A DNA stretch of 47,676 bases, taken from positions 1-47,676 of the forward strand of contig CAXMSJ010000078.1 in NCBI GenBank assembly GCA_964196305.1. The letters run 5' to 3'. The number at the start of each line of letters is the position of its first letter. Within the stretch, counting starts at the first letter, position 1. The translations under genes and the position numbers were made by a program. Below the pieces are notes generated by a model that was given only the letters and a program-made list of their open reading frames with translations, was not told the DNA's origin and searched no databases. This stretch comes from an uncultured Acidimicrobiia bacterium. Its GTDB lineage: Bacteria > Actinomycetota > Aquicultoria > CAJVYJ01 > JAUVQD01. Shown in pieces: positions 9,259-19,086 of this stretch.

Positions 9259-10806
9259 CTAGCTGGTGATGTCTGACGTTTTGAGATCTAGACCGACTGG
9301 TTGTCCCTCTGGAGCGGAGACGGTGTTTCGAATCTCCTTGGCTCGGTACAACGCCTGGTCGGCTTGGTAGATGAGATCTGATTTGTTCGTAGCACTGCTG
9401 GGATAGTTGGCCACGCCAACGCTGATGGTCAATTGTATCTTGTGCTCGGTACCTCCACCGGTAAAGATGGCCTTCTCCACTCCCTCTCGTAATTTCTCTC
9501 CGACCAGAAGAGCATCTTGAAAGTGGGTCTCCGATAGCACAGCCACGAACTCCTCGCCGCCATACCGGGCCACCATGTCCGTCTCACGCGTCAGTTCCTT
9601 GAGGAGGCCGGCAACTTCACGCAAGACCTCATCGCCGCACAAATGGCCATAGTTGTCATTTACTGTCTTGAAGAGATCAAGGTCTACCATGATCAACGAC
9701 AACGGCTTTTCATAGCGGAGCGCCCTGGTCCACTCTTGGTCCAGTCGTTCGGAAAAATACCGGTAGTTGTATATCCCGGTCAGGGCATCGCGAGACGCCC
9801 ATTCTTTTGTCTGCCGATAGAGCCAGGCGTTCTGGATAGAGATGGCCGCCTGTCCGGCCAAGGCCTCCAGAAACCGCAAGTTCTCATATCCGTAGGCATG
9901 AGAAGTGTTTTTCCCGACCATCAAGACCCCAAGCTTTTTTTCGCCTACCCGCAACGGTACGACCATGAGCGACTTAAGCTCGGGCGAGAATGGCATCTGC
10001 CATTTGTGAGGAATGCTCGACAAGGACGTGGGCGTCTGGGAATCTAACACGTGACGGAGCAAGCTCCGCTCGTTATCGATAGTCATGTCTTTTACAACCT
10101 GATCATTAAGGCCTTGGTGGGCCTGAATGCGTAAATTTTCCTGACTGTCTAACATGAACAGTGCCGAGGCATCCGGCGTGAGATCTAACGCTACTATGTT
10201 CAGCACCAGCGGATAGATCTCGGCCACGTTCAGGGTAGAGTTGAGTGCCCGCCCGGTCTCATAGAGAGCGCTGAGATCTACCGCTGATCGACGCAGACGA
10301 TCGGCAATGAATCCCGAAGCGGCAGCGAGAACCACGAACATAATCGCATGGAAGTAACCTTGTTCAACCACGCGCCCGTACAAGCGATCGAGGACGAAAT
10401 AGTAGCTGATAAGGCCGCCTGCCAAAAGTACACTAAAGAACAATGATAGCTTGTGGCCGCCCCGCATGGCGCCAAGAGAGACGGGCACATAATAGAGCAT
10501 GACCAGCGGGGTAGTAAAGCCATCGGCAGCCGCCAATAATACTGTCACCAGCAAAAAAGCCGCCCCAACGGTCAAGTAGTTGCGCGTCTCGTAGGAGACA
10601 CTACGAGAATAAAGCCAACGAGAAAGGAGACCGCCGTCACGCAGATCCCAATGGAAAGCTGCACCAAGGAGAATAATGAGCATCAGAGCGGTCTGGCGCA
10701 CTACGGAAAGACCGGAGGTCAGAGTTAGCCCCAGCAGCACGGCAACAATCACCGGTAAATAGTAGTACCGGATCTGCTGATCTAGATTTCTTTTAGACCA
10801 CTTCAT
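9259..10806 (-). CDS. membrane-bound GAF-GGDEF diguanylate cyclase
   Basis: About 6 N-terminal TM helices, a GAF-like middle region, and a GGDEF domain with an intact RYGGEEF active site and an RETD (RxxD) I-site. Confidence 0.9.
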   Translation of the reverse strand: MKWSKRNLDQQIRYYYLPVIVAVLLGLTLTSGLSVVRQTALMLIILLGAAFHWDLRDGGLLSRWLYSRSVSYETRNYLTVGAAFLLVTVLLAAADGFTTPLVMLYYVPVSLGAMRGGHKLSLFFSVLLAGGLISYYFVLDRLYGRVVEQGYFHAIMFVVLAAASGFIADRLRRSAVDLSALYETGRALNSTLNVAEIYPLVLNIVALDLTPDASALFMLDSQENLRIQAHQGLNDQVVKDMTIDNERSLLRHVLDSQTPTSLSSIPHKWQMPFSPELKSLMVVPLRVGEKKLGVLMVGKNTSHAYGYENLRFLEALAGQAAISIQNAWLYRQTKEWASRDALTGIYNYRYFSERLDQEWTRALRYEKPLSLIMVDLDLFKTVNDNYGHLCGDEVLREVAGLLKELTRETDMVARYGGEEFVAVLSETHFQDALLVGEKLREGVEKAIFTGGGTEHKIQLTISVGVANYPSSATNKSDLIYQADQALYRAKEIRNTVSAPEGQPVGLDLKTSDITS

Positions 10807-10830
10807 CTGCGTTAGTCTGATATCGACAAC

Positions 10831-12153
10831 TTAGCGACGTTTCTTAAGCGAAATTGACTCAACCCCCAGGTAGTCAAGGAGTGCTTCAGGTATGGTTATC
10901 GACCCATCCGGTTGCTGACAGTTTTCCATGATAGCAGCAACCGTTCGACCAATAGCCAGCCCAGAACCGTTCAGTGTATGCACAAATCGCGGCTTATCCG
11001 ACTGATCACGATACCGGATATTAGCTCGTCGGGCCTGGAAGTCCTCGAAGTTACTGCACGAAGAGATCTCCTTGAAGTCCTGGTAACTTGGCAGCCATAC
11101 TTCCAGGTCATAGGTCTTGGCGGCGGAAAACCCGAGATCACCAGTAGATAAAGCGATCACCCGGTAGTGCAGGCCTAAGGCTTGCAGGATGCCCTCAGCC
11201 TCTGCGGTCAGAGACTCAAGTTCATCATATGAGCTTTCCGGCTCGACAAACTTGACTAACTCGACCTTGTTGAACTGATGCTGCCGGATCAAGCCCCGCG
11301 TCTCCCGACCGTGTGCGCCGGCTTCCCGCCGGAAACACGGAGTGTAAGCGGCGTACTTGAAGGGGAGACCGCCCTGGTCGATGATCTCGTCTCGATGGAT
11401 ATTCGTAACCGGCACCTCCGCCGTCGGTATCAACCACAGGTCATCGTCGGCGCACTTAAACAAGTCGTCGGCAAACTTCGGTAGCTGCCCCGTACCGGTC
11501 AGGCTGGCTTCATTGACCAGCACCGGCGGCAAAACCTCGGTGTAGCCATTGATATCGGTATGAGTGTCGAGCATGAAGTTAATCAACGCGCGTTCTAACC
11601 GGGCTCCGACCCCCTTATACAGGGCAAACCGCGCTCCTGCGATCTTAGCTGCCCGGTCAAAGTCGATGATATCTAAATCCTCGGCTAGCTCCCAATGAGC
11701 CCGCGGCTGGAAATCAAAAGCAGGCCGTTCGCCCCAAACGCGAACAACTTGGTTGTCGGTTTCGTCTCGGCCTCTGGGAACCGAGCTGTGCGGTAGGTTT
11801 GGGATTTCCAGCAACAAGCTGCGTAGTTTTTCCTCTACCGGTCGCACTTCACCCTCCAGAGTCGCTATCTCTTCCCCCAAACGAGCTGGAGAGACTTTGG
11901 CTTCTTCGGCCGCGGCCAACAAGTCCGCAACGGGCTCACCGGCCTTCTTGGCCTGGGCGACCTGGCGCATGATCCGACCGATAGCTTCCGAGGCGCTATT
12001 CCTCTCGGCGCGCTTGGCTTCGAGCACCGCCAACAGTTCTCGACGCTTGGTGTCCGCCGCCATTACCGCTTCTAGATCAATATCTGCGCCACGGGCAGCC
12101 ATCGCTTGCCGCACGCTCTCGCCGTCCTCACGAATCAGGCGAATATCAAGCAT
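10831..12153 (-). CDS. serS: seryl-tRNA synthetase
   Basis: N-terminal coiled-coil arm plus a class II core (FRREAG..., [12 protein letters not shown]). Confidence 0.97.
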   Translation of the reverse strand: MLDIRLIREDGESVRQAMAARGADIDLEAVMAADTKRRELLAVLEAKRAERNSASEAIGRIMRQVAQAKKAGEPVADLLAAAEEAKVSPARLGEEIATLEGEVRPVEEKLRSLLLEIPNLPHSSVPRGRDETDNQVVRVWGERPAFDFQPRAHWELAEDLDIIDFDRAAKIAGARFALYKGVGARLERALINFMLDTHTDINGYTEVLPPVLVNEASLTGTGQLPKFADDLFKCADDDLWLIPTAEVPVTNIHRDEIIDQGGLPFKYAAYTPCFRREAGAHGRETRGLIRQHQFNKVELVKFVEPESSYDELESLTAEAEGILQALGLHYRVIALSTGDLGFSAAKTYDLEVWLPSYQDFKEISSCSNFEDFQARRANIRYRDQSDKPRFVHTLNGSGLAIGRTVAAIMENCQQPDGSITIPEALLDYLGVESISLKKRR

Positions 12154-12171
12154 CTATTTCCCTCTCTTGGC

Positions 12172-13017
12172 TCACGCCGGCACCGGTTTGGCCCGCGGAT
12201 AGGAGCCGAGCACCTTTACTTCGCGTAGCTTGACGTGAAGGGACTTCAAAGCGTCGGCAATCAGCTCATCTTCAGCATGGCCTTCCAGGTCGACAAAGAA
12301 ACAGTATTCGCCCAACGCCTGCCGGGTGGGCCTGGAGGCAATCTTGGTGAGATTGATATTTCGGTCCGCAAACTCCTGCAGAATCGAAAGCAGGCTGCCC
12401 GGTCGATCCTCCTGGATAAAACAGACTATCGAGGTCTTATCAAACCCAGTGGGAGCCGGGGTCCCTCGCCCGAGTAAAACAAACCGCGTCTGGTTGCCGA
12501 CGACATCATGGATATCCGTATCCAAAACAGATAGGTCGTACAGCTTCGCGGCCAGCTTGGTGCCGATAGCCGCCCAGGCTTTACCGTTGGCTCCCGCCAC
12601 AATCTTGGCCGCTTCCGCCGTGCTGTTGGACGCCTCTATTTTCGCCTTGGGCAATTCGCGCATTAGATAAGCCCGGCATTGGGCCGTCGCCTGCGGATGA
12701 GACATAACGACCTCGATATCAGCTCTGTTGAGCCCGGAGCGACCGAGAAGATTGTGTGAGATCGGAATGATCATTTCTTTCTCGATCTTCAGCTGGACAT
12801 CGAAGGCCAGCATGTCCAAAGTCGTGTTAACCGACCCTTCAATAGAATTCTCGATAGCAACGATACCCTTCTCGACCGCCCGGCGTTCTACCGCCGCGAT
12901 CACATCTTGGATCGACGGAAAAGGTACGGTATCGACCTCGTTAGACGAATAGGCCCGCCTCAAAGCCTCCTGCGTAAACGTACCGGCAGGACCCAAGAAT
13001 CCTATCTTAAAGCTCAA
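12172..13017 (-). CDS. pheA: prephenate dehydratase
   Basis: PDT domain (TRF motif: NQTRFVLLG) plus a C-terminal ACT domain (GSLLSILQEFADRNINLTKIASRP). Confidence 0.92.
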   Translation of the reverse strand: MSFKIGFLGPAGTFTQEALRRAYSSNEVDTVPFPSIQDVIAAVERRAVEKGIVAIENSIEGSVNTTLDMLAFDVQLKIEKEMIIPISHNLLGRSGLNRADIEVVMSHPQATAQCRAYLMRELPKAKIEASNSTAEAAKIVAGANGKAWAAIGTKLAAKLYDLSVLDTDIHDVVGNQTRFVLLGRGTPAPTGFDKTSIVCFIQEDRPGSLLSILQEFADRNINLTKIASRPTRQALGEYCFFVDLEGHAEDELIADALKSLHVKLREVKVLGSYPRAKPVPA

Positions 13018-13508
13018 GTCTTTGCTCCCTGAAATGCTTGCCTGATGGACTCTTCTTCTTCCTCGGACAAGGAAAACTCAGAGCGTCTATCTCGAATCGG
13101 TTTGGCATAAACCCGACTGTCGTTCCGCCCGTTGATCGAGCTGATGATTACACCATCGCCTCTCTCGTTTAACAACGCCACCGCAAAACTAAGGCTCCCG
13201 CCTACTTCGGAAAAAGCATCGAACCGCACGACCCCGATATGACGAGTTGTCTCCTCGAGCAGGCCCCGATGGCGACCGTCGACAGTCTTGAGGCGTTCGT
13301 TCTCCGCCGTCAGATGGGCTATATTCTCGACTGCCTTTTGGAGCACGTCCAGAGATTTTGGCGAACCCCTAAGGGACACCCCGGCCCGCTCACGAGCTGC
13401 CTGCCCGCGTCTGATCGAGACTGTTAAAGCGAGCACCCAGACCAGCAGCAAAACATTGACTGCCACCAGCACCGCGACCGTTGAACTAGAACCTAAGAAA
13501 GACGGCAT
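13014..13508 (-). CDS. DUF4446-family protein with an N-terminal TM helix
   Basis: VRFDAFSEVGGSLSFAVALLNERGDGVIISSINGR is typical of DUF4446 as I remember it. 4-nt overlap with pheA. Confidence 0.7.
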   Translation of the reverse strand: MPSFLGSSSTVAVLVAVNVLLLVWVLALTVSIRRGQAARERAGVSLRGSPKSLDVLQKAVENIAHLTAENERLKTVDGRHRGLLEETTRHIGVVRFDAFSEVGGSLSFAVALLNERGDGVIISSINGRNDSRVYAKPIRDRRSEFSLSEEEEESIRQAFQGAKT

Positions 13509-13601
13509 TTCCGCTCCTCGAATTGGCGCTTAGATTATACACAATAACCACGAGCATAGCCTGGTTTTAATGGTGCCGGAGCGGGGAGAATATCCTATTA
13601 A

Positions 13602-14381
13602 TCAATCCGTTCGGTTGAAGAGAAAAACAGCTAAAGAAATCATCGCTGCGCCGAAGGCGGCTAGCACGGACACGCTGAATGCCAGAGAGAACTGCGCCGA
13701 GCCGGGACCCAACATCAGAAACCTCAGAGCATCGACTCCATAGGTCAGCGGATCAACCCGGGTCAGAAAATGCAACCAGCCGGGCAACCTCTCAATGGGA
13801 AACATGGCTCCTGAGAGCACGAACAGGGGCATTACCAAGAAGTTCATGATCATCTGGAAGCCCTCCATCGAACGCATGCGCGCCGCCATAGCGATGCCCA
13901 TGCAGGTGATAGAGAAGGAGATCAAGAGCATCACCGGAATAACTGCCAAGACCACCAGAAACGACAACTTGACCCCGACCAACGGGGCCAGCACTAAGAT
14001 GATCAGAGCCTGAATGATCGCCACCGAGCTGCCACCGAATGCCTTACCGATAGCCACGGATGAACGTGAGATCGGCGCCACCATCACCTCTTTGAGAAAA
14101 CCAAACTCGCGATCCCAGACGATCGACACCGCCGAAAAAACCGAGGTGAACAGAAGCGACATCCCGATGATCCCCGGATAGATAAAAGCCAGATAGGGCG
14201 TGTCGAGCTGTGAACCAACACCACCCTCAATGTCCAAGCCCCGAGCCAACCCGTTGCCGAACACGAACAGGAACAGGGCCGGCTGGGCGAGCGAGGTAAT
14301 GATCCGAGACGTATCCCGACGAAATCTGATGATGTCCCTCAGCCAGATGGAGTAAATGCCGCGTAGATTGTTCATCATCAT
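13602..14381 (-). CDS. ABC-2 type transporter permease
   Basis: 259 aa, 6 TM helices, ABC-2 membrane topology. 4-nt overlap with the upstream ATPase gene. Confidence 0.85.
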   Translation of the reverse strand: MMMNNLRGIYSIWLRDIIRFRRDTSRIITSLAQPALFLFVFGNGLARGLDIEGGVGSQLDTPYLAFIYPGIIGMSLLFTSVFSAVSIVWDREFGFLKEVMVAPISRSSVAIGKAFGGSSVAIIQALIILVLAPLVGVKLSFLVVLAVIPVMLLISFSITCMGIAMAARMRSMEGFQMIMNFLVMPLFVLSGAMFPIERLPGWLHFLTRVDPLTYGVDALRFLMLGPGSAQFSLAFSVSVLAAFGAAMISLAVFLFNRTD

Positions 14382-15343
14382 CTTCGGCTCGCCCTGACGT
14401 GCTGACGCATAGTGTCCATCGCCCCGGCGGCCTCGTCTCTCATTGTCCGGCCGGTCAATTTCATGAACACATCATCGAGCGTGGGTCGGCGAACACTGAT
14501 CGAGTCGATCGGCACATCGACACTCCGCATCAAACGGGGGAGGAAGCTCTCCCCGTCCGGGACTTCCAGGATAAGCTTAGAGTCTTGCTCAAGAGCTGTC
14601 AGTCCAAAATGCTCCGTGATTTGCGCGGCCACCTGGTCGAGAGCGCTAGAGGCAATGGTGACCATGTCTCCACCGACCATGGCCTTAAGCTTGTCTGGCG
14701 TGTCCAAGGCAATAATCTTTCCGTGATCAATGACAGCGATCCGGTCACAATTCTCAGCCTCATCCATGTAGTGAGTAGTTAAGAAGATCGTGATGTTGTC
14801 TGATTCTCGTAGTTCCCGAATGTACTCCCAGATACGATTGCGGGTCTGAGGGTCTAGCCCCAGGGTCGGCTCATCCAGGAAAAGCACCTGCGGATGGTGG
14901 AGAAGCCCCCGGGCAATCTCCAGACGCCGCTTCATCCCGCCCGAAAAAGTCCGGACGACATCATGTCGCCTCTCCCAGAGATCGACCATGTCTAGAACGT
15001 GCTTGATCCGCTCCTCACGCACGGCCTTGGGCACGCTATAAACCAGAGCGTGAAAGACCAGGTTTTCCAAAGCCGAGAGGCGCTCATCTAGACTAGGATC
15101 CTGGAAAACAATGCCGATAGACGAACGGACGCGGGCCGGATACTCGACCACGTCGTGACCGGCAAGAAACGCCTGACCTTGATCCGGCTTTAATAGCGTA
15201 CACAGGATGTTGATCGTGGTACTCTTGCCCGCTCCATTCGGCCCCAGAAAACCAAATATCTCGCCCGCAGGAATATCAAAAGAGACGCCCCGGACCGCCT
15301 CGATCTCTCCAAACTTCTTGAATATATCTTTGACTTGAATCAC
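14378..15343 (-). CDS. ABC transporter ATP-binding protein (DrrA-like exporter ATPase)
   Basis: Walker A GPNGAGKST, signature FSGGMKRRL, Walker B LFLDEPT. Confidence 0.92.
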   Translation of the reverse strand: MIQVKDIFKKFGEIEAVRGVSFDIPAGEIFGFLGPNGAGKSTTINILCTLLKPDQGQAFLAGHDVVEYPARVRSSIGIVFQDPSLDERLSALENLVFHALVYSVPKAVREERIKHVLDMVDLWERRHDVVRTFSGGMKRRLEIARGLLHHPQVLFLDEPTLGLDPQTRNRIWEYIRELRESDNITIFLTTHYMDEAENCDRIAVIDHGKIIALDTPDKLKAMVGGDMVTIASSALDQVAAQITEHFGLTALEQDSKLILEVPDGESFLPRLMRSVDVPIDSISVRRPTLDDVFMKLTGRTMRDEAAGAMDTMRQHVRASRR

Positions 15344-15409
15344 TCGCGTTCAGCTCCAGCCTGTATTATATAGTATGGGTTCACACGAACGAGAGTGAGA
15401 GGATCATCT

Positions 15410-15967
15410 ATGCCCAACCAGGAAAAAGAACGACTCCGATCGGAATTCAAAAAGCGTCGACAGCTCCTTAGCGATCGGGATAGAAAAAAGGCGAGCCTGA
15501 TAATCTGCGACTCTATCCTGCAAACGGATGAATATGCCGCAGCCGCTGGAGTGGCTGCCTACTGGCCTTTGGCTCTGGAGGTCGATATTCGCCCGGTTAT
15601 AGACCATGCCCTCAAGCACGGCCGCCGGCTCTATCTGCCCAGAGTGGTCCGTCACCCGCGCCAGCTCGAACTCTGCCTTTTTTCCGGTGATCCGGAATCT
15701 CTGGCCCCAGGCCCGTTCGGTCTGCGGCAACCCTGCACGGAAACGATGGACGCAGCTGAGATCGATATGGTGATCGTCCCGGCTCTGGCCTTCGACCTCC
15801 AGGGCCAACGGCTCGGTTATGGAACCGGATATTACGACCGCTTTCTAAAAACGACAGACGCTTTTCGGGTCGGGGTAGCGTTCGATGACCAGATGGCAGA
15901 AAGCCTGCCAACGACCCGGCACGACGTCGCTATGGATATTGTGATCACTCAGTCACGCCAACTGTAA
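15410..15967 (+). CDS. 5-formyltetrahydrofolate cyclo-ligase
   Basis: GYGTGYYDRFL and the VPALAFD motif. I prefer ATG 15410 (GAGAGG upstream) to the GTG at 15395 used in the ORF track. Confidence 0.88.
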   Translation: MPNQEKERLRSEFKKRRQLLSDRDRKKASLIICDSILQTDEYAAAAGVAAYWPLALEVDIRPVIDHALKHGRRLYLPRVVRHPRQLELCLFSGDPESLAPGPFGLRQPCTETMDAAEIDMVIVPALAFDLQGQRLGYGTGYYDRFLKTTDAFRVGVAFDDQMAESLPTTRHDVAMDIVITQSRQL

Positions 15968-15975
15968 AATAAGTC

Positions 15976-16019
15976 TTGCCAAACACAGATATTTGGTATA
16001 TATTCCTTTATGGGAATAT
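15976..16019 (+). promoter_or_regulatory. arsR-family gene promoter (-35 TTGCCA 15976-15981, 17-nt spacer, -10 TATATT 15999-16004) with an overlapping 7-6-7 inverted repeat ATATTCC-N6-GGAATAT (16000-16019)
   Basis: Read directly. A perfect inverted repeat overlapping the -10 is the classic ArsR/SmtB autorepression layout. Confidence 0.5.
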
Positions 16020-16040
16020 GGTTATATGGTGAAATAACAG

Positions 16041-16355
16041 ATGGCTGATTTTTGCAGAGTTTTCCAAGCGATAGCAGACGACAAGCGACAACGAATACTG
16101 GTCTTGCTGGAAGAGCGAGACCGCTGTGTCGGGGATCTAGTCGAGCGGTTCTCTCTATCACAATCGGCTGTTTCGAAGCATTTGTCGGTCTTAAAAAATG
16201 CTGGATTGGTCATTGACAAGCGTTACGGTCAGCAGGTTATCTACTCTTTGCACCACCAGAATCTGCAGGACTGTTGTCGTGAATATTTTATGAGGTTCGA
16301 GTGCTGTAGCAGTTTCTTCGCACAGCCAACCGGCAAAAGACAGGGCGAAGGTTGA
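16041..16355 (+). CDS. ArsR/SmtB-family metalloregulator
   Basis: Winged HTH (LSQSAVSKHLSVLKNAGLV). The canonical CVC site is reduced to RCVGDL. C-terminal Cys pairs: DCC...ECC. Confidence 0.9.
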   Translation: MADFCRVFQAIADDKRQRILVLLEERDRCVGDLVERFSLSQSAVSKHLSVLKNAGLVIDKRYGQQVIYSLHHQNLQDCCREYFMRFECCSSFFAQPTGKRQGEG

Positions 16356-16471
16356 TTTATTCGTGAAGGGGGGTGTCCTACTATGAAAAGATATATGGTC
16401 CCACGAGTGGCTCACTGTGAATCAGGGTGTAATCCCCTGTCCCTGGCAAGACGTTAAACTGCTTATCTATG

Positions 16472-16529
16472 GGAGCCCGTTCGAGTAACTTTTGCGAGTC
16501 ACGGTTACTTGAGCGGGCTCCATTATTTT
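16472..16529 (+). terminator. intrinsic terminator: 18-bp stem (two G-U pairs on the + transcript), 14-nt loop, then AUUAUUUU
   Basis: ggagcccgttcgagtaac (16472-16489) pairs with gttacttgagcgggctcc (16504-16521). The T-tract overlaps the stop of the convergent deacetylase gene. Confidence 0.7.
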
Positions 16530-17617
16530 GCCAGCTGTTCAACCGTCACTAGCGAGAACCCCCGCTCGTAAAGCTCCTTAATGATGTGTGGCAACGCCTT
16601 AACTGTGTTTGTGCGATCTCCACCGCCATCGTGCAACAAAACGATCGCCCCCGGTCTCGCCTCAGCCAGGACGCGCTCCGCAATAGCTTCAGGGGATAAG
16701 CCGTCCCAATCACGAGAATCGATGTGCCAGCGGACAGTGTGATATCCGCGCCTGGCCGCTATGACCCGCAAAGAGTCACTGACAGATCCATATGGGGGCC
16801 GAAACCACCGCATCGGCTTCCCGATGAGCGGGACGATCGTTGAGCTAGCCGCGTCCAGCTCCTGAATAACCGTCGCCTCGTCGGCCCCATCTAGTCGACT
16901 GTGGGAATATGTATGATTGGCCACTTGAAACCCGGCGGCATCCAGATCCTGGACGGTCCTGGAAAATAACGCGGCCTGACTGCCTAGAACAAAGAAAGTT
17001 CCTGTGCCATAGAGGTCCGAGAGTATTTCAGTGATCTGGTTGGTGTATGGCGGAGTCGGCCCATCGTCAAAAGTCAGTGCAATCGGCTTGTCCGGCTTGT
17101 CAGCCGTACGGGCGATTATGAAGGGCCGGGCCTCAGATAGATTACGAATCGAGACGATTTTGCCGCTTCTAGCCCCCCTGACGATCAGTTTCTTGCCCGC
17201 GACCCCCACTGCTCTAACCGTCGTGTATTCGCCTTCCCCTTCGACTTGGTCGGCTAGAATCACCTCGACCACTTCCGTCTCAACACGCTCAGTCCGATCC
17301 AAAGCGGCGACCGCCTCTAGTCGGTCGCCGTGGCTGAGCAGACTAGCCGTCGGCACCACGCGACCATTCAGAGCGGCCCGGGCCGTCCAGCCGGCCCCGC
17401 GACGCACGATGCCCCCATCGACGTCAACGAGGTCGCCAACTGGCCGCTCCATGCCCAAGGCCATCAGCGCCGAGTCAACCGTCGCCAGGGCCGGTAGCAA
17501 CATGGGTCTGTCATTAGCCAGGACCAGAACCGGCGCACTCGGCGACACCAGCAGGGCCTGAAAAAATAAAAAGAGGGCAACACCGAGAGACGGAGCCCAA
17601 ACCGTATTAGCTGTCAT
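16523..17617 (-). CDS. secreted polysaccharide deacetylase (NodB homology domain)
   Basis: N-terminal signal/TM segment. TFDDGP, HTYSH, RPPYG and LLHDGG motifs. Confidence 0.88.
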   Translation of the reverse strand: MTANTVWAPSLGVALFLFFQALLVSPSAPVLVLANDRPMLLPALATVDSALMALGMERPVGDLVDVDGGIVRRGAGWTARAALNGRVVPTASLLSHGDRLEAVAALDRTERVETEVVEVILADQVEGEGEYTTVRAVGVAGKKLIVRGARSGKIVSIRNLSEARPFIIARTADKPDKPIALTFDDGPTPPYTNQITEILSDLYGTGTFFVLGSQAALFSRTVQDLDAAGFQVANHTYSHSRLDGADEATVIQELDAASSTIVPLIGKPMRWFRPPYGSVSDSLRVIAARRGYHTVRWHIDSRDWDGLSPEAIAERVLAEARPGAIVLLHDGGGDRTNTVKALPHIIKELYERGFSLVTVEQLAK

Positions 17618-17708
17618 AGAGAAAGCTTAGCATGCTACTAATTTGACCAGCAAGTTTGTCGTCGCTTTCGCATATCATCACGCTATAGCGTATCTTGGCA
17701 AATAAGTT

Positions 17709-18560
17709 ATGAGATTTGGCGCCCATGTATCAATAGCAAAACACCTCTACTTGGCGGTCGATCGCGCTCAAGCGATCGGCTGCGAAGCTTTTCAGATGTT
17801 CCCCGGCAATCCTCGCGGTTGGAAAACCGGTCCTTTCTTAGAAGAAGAGGTAGCAGAGTTCAAGCGCCGCCGGAGCGCCCGCAAGCTCGGGCCCGTTATT
17901 ATCCACCTGCCTTACCTGGTCAACCTGGCTGCCAAAACACCGGCCGTGCTGGATTCTTCCATGGCTTCCCTGAAAGACGCTATCGCCAAAGCGGTAATTC
18001 TTGAGGCGGAATTCCTGGTTATGCATCCAGGTAGCCACGGCGGAGCCGGAACGGATGCGGGGATCGCACGGCTAGCGGCCGGACTGCAAAGAGCGCTCCA
18101 AGAAGATCTCGGCGGAGCGCGGCTCTTGCTGGAAAACACCGCCGGCAGTGGACACACCCTTGGCTCGAACATGCGTGAGATCCGCCGCGTAATCCAAGCG
18201 GTCGATAATGACAGCCGGATCGGCCTCTGCTTCGATACCTGTCATGCCTTCGCGGCCGGCTACGACCTGGCCACCGAAACCGGGTGGACGGAAACAATGG
18301 CTGAGATCAATCGGGAGATCGGCCTCGATCGCCTCGGGGTAATCCATGTCAATGACTCCCGTGGCGAACTGGGCTCACGCTTAGACCGCCACGCTCCGAT
18401 CGGCCGCGGAAAGATCGGCCTAGCGGGCTTTGAGCGAATCATCAACGAACCGGCCCTCGCGGATCGACCGTTCATCATAGAGACACCCCGAAAATCTCCG
18501 AAAGATGATATCCGGAACCTTGACGTACTGAGAAAGCTTAAGTCAGCGCCGCGCGGGTGA
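17709..18560 (+). CDS. nfo: endonuclease IV (deoxyribonuclease IV)
   Basis: AP_endonuc_2 TIM-barrel motifs: HLPYLVNLA, MHPGSH, LENTAG, CFDTCHAFAAGYD, HVNDS. Confidence 0.93.
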   Translation: MRFGAHVSIAKHLYLAVDRAQAIGCEAFQMFPGNPRGWKTGPFLEEEVAEFKRRRSARKLGPVIIHLPYLVNLAAKTPAVLDSSMASLKDAIAKAVILEAEFLVMHPGSHGGAGTDAGIARLAAGLQRALQEDLGGARLLLENTAGSGHTLGSNMREIRRVIQAVDNDSRIGLCFDTCHAFAAGYDLATETGWTETMAEINREIGLDRLGVIHVNDSRGELGSRLDRHAPIGRGKIGLAGFERIINEPALADRPFIIETPRKSPKDDIRNLDVLRKLKSAPRG

Positions 18561-19086
18561 AGATCGGCTCATAGTCATAGCCGGCCCCGACCAGCGCCTC
18601 CCGGCCACCGGCTTCACGATCTACCAGGGCAATGACCTTAACGATGCGGGCGCCCGTTTCTTCAACCGCCTTGATACCCCTGAGGACAGAGCCGGCACTG
18701 GTCACAACGTCCTCAACAATAACAACTCTCGCGTTAGCCGTCAGTTCCGGCCCTTCTACCTGACGCCCCAGCCCATGTTCCTTACTTTCCTTGCGAATGA
18801 TAAACCCTGTTGCCGACTGCTCCCTGATCAATCCAAGGTGGTAGCAGAGAGCCCCGACTATCGGGTCGGCCCCCATCGTCGGGCCGCCAACAGCGTCAAA
18901 ATGAACCTCGGCCAGGATGTCACTAATAACGTTGGCGATCAAAAAGGCTCCACGAGGGTGGAGTGTCACCTGTCGACCATCAATATAGAAGTCGCTGACC
19001 GCTCCAGAGGATAACAGGACTGGACCTTTGCTGACTGCCTCTTTAACCATTACCCGGAGGTCTTCTCTCATCTGAGCTACTGTCAT
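18538..19086 (-). CDS. pyrE: orotate phosphoribosyltransferase
   Basis: PRPP-binding loop VVIVEDVVTSAGS. Typical PyrE length. Confidence 0.93.
   Translation of the reverse strand: MTVAQMREDLRVMVKEAVSKGPVLLSSGAVSDFYIDGRQVTLHPRGAFLIANVISDILAEVHFDAVGGPTMGADPIVGALCYHLGLIREQSATGFIIRKESKEHGLGRQVEGPELTANARVVIVEDVVTSAGSVLRGIKAVEETGARIVKVIALVDREAGGREALVGAGYDYEPIFTRAALT

Noticed and set aside
17031-17561. 176-aa + strand ORF inside the polysaccharide deacetylase gene
   Set aside because: It is an antisense frame with Ser/Thr/Ala/Arg-rich composition, while the opposite strand carries clear NodB motifs.
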